Shown here in pieces: positions 58,297 through 64,000 of a stretch of DNA of 64,000 bases. The position numbers were made by a program, and so were the translations under genes. Position 1 is the stretch's first letter. Every line of letters starts with the position of its first letter. Under the pieces are notes generated by a model. The model ran no database searches, had not been told where the DNA came from, and saw only the letters and a list, made by a program, of their open reading frames with translations. Origin of the DNA: Plasmodiophora brassicae (Eukaryota); the NCBI GenBank assembly GCA_036867785.1, contig CP145425.1:124001-188000 (forward strand), given 5' to 3'.

Positions 58297-59879
58297 ATGG
58301 ACATCGACGTGTGCGGTTTTCTCAAACTCGTTCTGCGCACCCTAATCGTGTTCGCTGTTGCCAGTGACGCTGTGACGCTGCGCTCCTGTGACGGCGTTGA
58401 CCACAGCGTCGACACCTTGTCTGCGATCGCCCATTCCGGACTGCTGAAGGGTCTGATCGGCGGTCCCAACTCATCTGACGCCTTAATTCCCCTACCTGAA
58501 GTCGCCAATTCAGAGTTGCTGTCGATTGCTAGGTTCATCAACGTCGTTGGAGCGCACCAGGTATCCTCGCATTCGACTGATGATCTTCTGTTGTCCATCG
58601 ACGTTTATTTGGAATTCCGCAGTTCAAACTGGCCGCCCAGTGGGCTCGGAGTCATGCGGCGAACACGACACGGCATGAAGCGCGGTGCCGCTTGCTGAAA
58701 GCTGCCTGTTACCTCGACATGCGGCCACTGACAATTGCCATCGTGTCCGCTACGTCGTTCAGTCCGCTCGACGTTTCTGAGATGCGGGAAACGCTGCCGA
58801 ACGAGTTCTTCCGGTTCGTCATGGGCACCGGCAGGCTGTCTCGTGCTGCGGAAACAAAGAACCAGAAGGCGATCGTAGACCAGATCCATGATATCATTGT
58901 TCGCGATGGCGACCCGACCCACGAAATTGAGGCCGCCGTATCTTTCGTTAGTAACGCTGAATGGGATCCCAAACTGCATCACACTGTGCTACATTGGGCG
59001 GTGCTCCATCGAGAGGATGCGATTCTTGCATTTCTGATCAACCATGTTCCCGGTATTGACGTCAATGCACGTGACAAGTTCCTCAAATCAACGCCGTTGC
59101 ATCTGGCCGCAACTTCTGGGGATGTTAACGCCATCAAGTTGCTTCTGGGGGTCGAAGGGATCGATGTGAACCCTCGCGATGCGTTTGGGATGACGCCGTT
59201 GTCGTGGGCCGTTGCTAGCAAGGGTAAGCATGCCGTCGAAATTCTTTTAAAGGCACCCGGAATCGACGTCAATTCCTGCGACGCTGACGATCAGACACCT
59301 TTGTACACCGCTGTGAAGGTTGGATGTCTAGATATCATCGTCTCACTTCTCAGTGCCGACGGGATCAACGTCAACCCTCGTACCAACGACCAAAGCACGC
59401 CGCTGCACAAGGCAGTGATTGATGGACGAGATGACATCGTCGAATTGCTTCTGCATGCCCATGGCATCGACCTCAACGCTCGCGACAATATGCAGAGGAC
59501 GCCGCTACACTGGGCCGCGATTAAGGGATACGATCGCATCGTCCAGCTACTGTTGATTGACCTAGGGGTCATGGTCAACGCGCTCGACACCTGGAATAAG
59601 ACGGCGCTGGACTATGCTACGTCCCAAGGATTCAGCCGTACCGTCGTCTTGCTGATGAGTACACCGGGAGTCGATTCCACGACATGCGATGACGATCGGG
59701 AAACACCGCCGGAGATGGCCGAAGCAAACCGCGGGTGGCCTGACGTGCCATCCCCTCTTGATCACACGCCCTGGGGCATTGATATCGAGTACAAGCAGGA
59801 CCCGATGATACAGGGGATTCGTCAACTGGCCGATAGTCAAGTGAGGCGCAGCACACAACCCCCTAATCACGACCCGTGA
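58297..59879 (+). CDS. Secreted SKP1/BTB-like plus ankyrin-repeat protein (effector candidate)
   Basis: Signal-like N-terminus (LVLRTLIVFAVASDA), then VTLRSCDG..HSGLLKGLI..IPLPEVANSELLSIARF|..LLKAACYLDM, then about 7 ankyrin repeats (TPLH type). An intron at 58561-58622 joins the two ORFs. Confidence 0.88.
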
Positions 59880-60077
59880 ACATTCGTTTCCCAGACCTGT
59901 TCCAAATGGCTCCAACAATGACAACGCCGTCGTCGACTCCAATACAATCACCGTCGCATCCGCTTTCCTTGCGCGATCCCCTATTGTTCTATGTGGCCCT
60001 CTTGCTCTATACTGTCGTGCCGCGTCGTCTGTCGCAGCTCCTCGCGGAATGCGGACGTTCTCCCAGGTTATGCACGA

Positions 60078-60990
60078 CTATACTTTCGCGTTTGTCGTTC
60101 CTTGGCTTCGTGTATGGGTTGAAATCCAGTAAGCCGTTTGTAGCGTGCAAGGCCCAAAGTGAGTCTCGGTCAGTACGTCCGCATCAAATATTAAACTGTG
60201 GGTTCCTCCGTCAATAACATGGACCACTGACTCGGTGTATTCGAACACTTTGAGCACAGCATGGATCGGGGCAGTGTCATCTTTCGTGCCGTGATATACT
60301 GACAATGGCCAGCGGCATCGCGTCACGATGCCAACGATATCAGGCGACTCGCCCAACTTGCCTAGCGCCATCAAGACCTCGTCGCATAATCCGCCAGTAT
60401 TCTCGCTTGCTGCAATGCGAAAGCTCTCCGCCACACTTGAACACAGAGTCGGGTCCTGCTCGAGGAGCAAACGCTCGCTGGCGCTATAGGTTTGAATGGC
60501 CGCCCAGGGATTCGTCTAGAACATCAGTATCTGCTGAAGAGACGAGCCTACATTTAGCCCTCATCGTATCATCCATGAGGGCATCATATCGCCACCGTCG
60601 GGGGACGCGACTCGTCAGCGGTACCCATGGCGATATCAGCGCGAGGCTCCTTACACGATCCGAATTGATCTTGTTGCCTCGACAGCATAAATGGCTCCAC
60701 ACGATTGTCCAATGATAGAAAAGTCGTCGACCCCAAACCCAGGGCAGTCAATTTGATGCTTTTGACGTTGCGCTGCTTTACCAAGGACTGGAAGGCGATG
60801 CTGGATGCGCATTCCCCCAATGAATACAAAGGGCCGCCCTTTTCCGCGTCGCCGACCACAGGGTAGCTCAATGTGGATCCATCAGATAGGACTCGAATTA
60901 CGCGGTTGATGCCGGGGAATCCGTAGCAGGTGGCAGCATGAACGACGTTTCTCCCTGCTTCGGTGAGGTGAGCGCAGCGTTGTCCGTCGA
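60078..60990 (-). pseudogene. Frameshifted alpha/beta-hydrolase
   Basis: LSDGSTLSY..GD, GLGST, IIGQSCGA (GxSxG), LALISPW, YHGTKDD and GGTHSL occur in order but change frame without intron-sized gaps. Confidence 0.65.
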
Positions 60991-61158
60991 CGGAGTGCGA
61001 TGGCTACCGCAAAGATCACGACCGGATGGCTTCGGCCCCGGCTTGGGGTCGGCGCCGGCCGGGGCCAACCCAATCGTGACTGGGAAACCAATCCAGTCCT
61101 GACTGAGACCGGACCCAGCTCCAGATCTACCGCAGGTCGCTGGGACTGGCGCCGCTGG

Positions 61159-62480
61159 TCACTCGTCCCGGTCACCGTCCGCTTGGGCATGTCCGTCCTC
61201 TAGACCTGCTCGCAGATGTCCACCGTTGTTCGCGTCCTGCTCCTGCTGTACACAGCCGTCATCCTCGTCGTCGGTGTCGCTGGCCGTTGCAACCAGGTCG
61301 GTCGGCAAAGGTACAGTGAAAGCCGCGAGAGATTGACGATTCCCTCTACTGCATAACGCTTGGTGCCGCGGTCATTATCCCCGTCCGATCCTATGTGCCG
61401 AGTAAGCATGTCGTTGCCCTCGACGCTGTCCCTGTGGCCCGCTTTGCTGATGTGTTCCGTTCGTAGTGGACGTCGTCGCGCGTACAACGCTCCGTCATCT
61501 CATGGAAGCCGTGAGCAAGCTGATCAGCGTTCTCGTTCTGCTCGTCGGTACGATAGACATGATATCGTTGCGCTGACGACAGGATCTCGACGTCCTCGAA
61601 CCGTGGGGCGCCCGTCGGAAGGGAACACGGCTGTAGCAGCGATGCAGAAGCAGGACTCGAGTATCGCCGGTGGCACCGTAACGGATCGTGTCCAGAAGCC
61701 GATGAGCTGAGCGGCGACAATGCTGCCTCGTACAACCGTCCAGTAGTACCGAGGCGGTGACGACGTCGACGGTGGGAGACTGATACGGCGACGGGGGCGA
61801 GGCCATCACGCATGCCCTGAGGAGTACAGGCGACGACGTACAAGATGGCGGCGGTGAAGAACGGGTGGATGCATCGTTGGCAGGCAAGGCTATGGCGTGA
61901 TCGTCCTGCACGAAATCGGGCGCATCATGATCGTGTGCCCCGGCGCTGGTCGGTCTGGCAGCGCTCTGAGAAACATCCCTAGTCAAAAAGGATGTCAACA
62001 TTGGTGGGCTGAAGATTCCCGAATCGGCATTGTCCAACGATGCAGAGGCCCGATACAGACCAGAACGGATAGTCGTTTCGCTAAGGATGTGCGAGAGTTG
62101 GGCCCCTTTGCGAATCATCATCAGATAGCGCGTTGGCTGTGCGGATGACCCTCAAAGACGGCTCGTCGTACACCATCGATTGTACTATGCCCGGCTTCGC
62201 AGACGTCTGCTTGTCCGTTTACGTTAACAGACTTAACAGGCAGCCGGCCGGCGGCCGGAAAGCGTCAACCCTGAGAGAGACGCAACTGTTTTCCAAGCTG
62301 CTGTTCACGAACGGTCAGCTGAAATGAAACCGTTTGTCCGAGGTGAAGTTCTGCGCCTGCGGTTTGAACGAATCAATAAACGTTTTCAAATGTCGCCTGT
62401 TTTCATGGTAACGTCGGCTTAGGTAAACCGCTCCACCTGGATGAAGGTTCGCGATCGCACTACGTCGTCGCCGTCAGCAG
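61159..62480 (-). CDS. Possible uncharacterised multi-exon gene with an acidic C-terminus
   Basis: Last exon ..ATASDTDDEDDGCVQQEQD..DGDRDE* with a stop at 61159-61161. Upstream exons are unresolved. Confidence 0.3.
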
Positions 62481-62551
62481 CATGACCCCAAGCCGCCCTT
62501 GCCCGTCTCTTTCCTTCCCATTGCTTTGTCGCGTCGGCGAGTGCTCCTCAA

Positions 62552-62570
62552 CCCCCCCCCCCCCCCCCCC
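62552..62570 (+). repeat. C19 homopolymer
   Basis: 19 consecutive C about 120 bp upstream of ATG 62693. Confidence 0.95.
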
Positions 62571-62692
62571 TCCCCTGGCTAACTATTTCCGGCGCATAAC
62601 GTGCGGCGATTCCATTCACACCGCGTGGGAGTCCTACTCTCCGGGCCCCTTTCTTGGCTATTTCCGGTGCTCCGAGTTCAGATAGGCCCCAA

Positions 62693-64000
62693 ATGTCGGC
62701 GGTTCTATTCATTCTGCGCCGCTCTGCCGCGCTCTGGTCATTGTTGAAAACGTCGTGTGACCGGAGCAATGACGGTTTCGCACAGTGTCGTTGTCGCCAT
62801 ATTCCTGTGGCTGCAGGTAAAACAACTAAGATGCAGTCATACGAGCCCCGTGCAACTCTGACACACGAACCAAGTCGCAGATTGTCGCCCCACGTGCGAC
62901 CGATATCAACTGGATACTTCACGATGACGAAGGCGGCCCCAGATTCGCGTTGTCTTCCCCGATGCCAACCAGCAGGGCATCACCGAAGACGACCGGCAGC
63001 TCCTTCTTGATTTACATGGCGATGGACGATTCCGCGCACAAAGTTGCGATGTCATCAAGCGCCTGCCGAGAATCGCGAACCAATATCTCGACCAAGGTTT
63101 GTCGACACGTCATTTCTGAACGGCGTTGCTGAATGTGCCCTCGTATCCACTGACAGGGACAGGCAATGCGACCCAGATTATCCAGTCGATCTTGCAGGCT
63201 GCGGATGATCACATCGACGCATATGATGGCAAGTGTCTGGCAATGCTTGCAATCGCCGCCTCTCGGTTGAAGCCGTGTCGAACGCGTTTCGTCGTACAGT
63301 TCGCATACGCGTACAATCAACTGCCCGCGCCAAGCATCCGCCAGACCTGTTCTTCACTATCAGCAATCTTCTTTGCCCTGGCGATATGCAATGTTACTGA
63401 TCGACCTCTCCTTGGTCACTACGTCAGCCTCGTCGTTCACCATTTACGGTACTTCAAGGCGTCGGACGTTTCGAGCACGGCTCTGGCGTTTCATATCTTG
63501 GGCATCACAGATCTCGGCGTGTTCGTCAAACTGGCGAATCGTGCCATCCAAGTCATGAACGATTTCACGGCTCAAGATCTGACGCACACTGCCTTGATAT
63601 TCGGAATACGGCCGGGACGGTACTGTGGGCCATTCCCATGAAGATATCGATCGGTTCTGGAAACTTGCAGGTCGGCGTGCACGCACCGTCATGCATAGTT
63701 TTGATGCGACACTCATCACTACGACGGCATGGGCATACATCATAAGGGGTGTTGACGACCCGAAAGTGTTCCATGCACTTGCACGACAAGCAATAGCAAT
63801 CATTGACACGTTCGATGCCAATGCGGTGTCCGTTATGGCCTGTGCGTTCGCCGAGTTTCTTATCGCCGATGACGAACTGATTCTTCATCTGTCCGCTTGG
63901 GTAATCAGCAACATCCACACGTTTCAAGCGTCGGAGCTCGTAGCCACTGCCTGGGCTTTCGCCAAATGGAATCCCTCCACCGACGAACTTCACCGTCGCA
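62693..64000 (+). CDS. Helical-repeat (HPR/OPR/FASTK-RAP-like) organellar RNA-binding protein; runs off the window and has an apparent frameshift near 63620
   Basis: Presequence-like MSAVLFILRRSAALWSLLK, and about 37-aa repeats: FKASDVSSTALAFHILG..D, FTAQDLTHTALIFG, FDATLITTTAWAY, FDANAVSVMACAFA, FQASELVATAWAFAK. Confidence 0.7.

Noticed and set aside
58561-58698. Frameshift or two separate genes at the ankyrin locus
   Set aside because: A 62-nt GT-AG intron (58561-58622) joins the frames cleanly.

Overview
Compact, GC-rich eukaryotic nuclear DNA. Genes are densely packed and carry short (about 50-70 nt) GT-AG introns. Gene content and architecture fit a plasmodiophorid (Plasmodiophora brassicae-like) protist; this is inference, not a database result. 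The region from about 17 to 55 kb is mostly core genes: NT-C2 protein, aldo-keto reductase, NDUFS8, a SAM methyltransferase, USP20/33, lipoate ligase, PP2A-C, a GNAT, an ACAP-type ArfGAP, an OSCA/TMC-like channel, a LEA protein, a UBE3A-type HECT ligase, an intron-containing tRNA-Met and a CEP97-like LRR protein. Unusual genes include an intronless PLS-type PPR-DYW protein whose catalytic Glu is replaced by Val, an intronless Rnl2-like RNA ligase, a spliced bacterial-type MscL with a zinc-ribbon tail, three tandem paralogous transcription factors (two Zn(II)2Cys6 clusters plus a PAS-like domain), a secreted SKP1-like/ankyrin effector candidate and a membrane-anchored GH114 with an altered catalytic motif. 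The first 17 kb is accessory DNA: a small dsRBD-like gene, a TA-flanked MITE, and two zones of LINE or gene debris rearranged into short-spacer inverted duplications. A perfect 34-bp hairpin lies just downstream of the tRNA. Exon structures were derived by hand, and some start codons are approximate.
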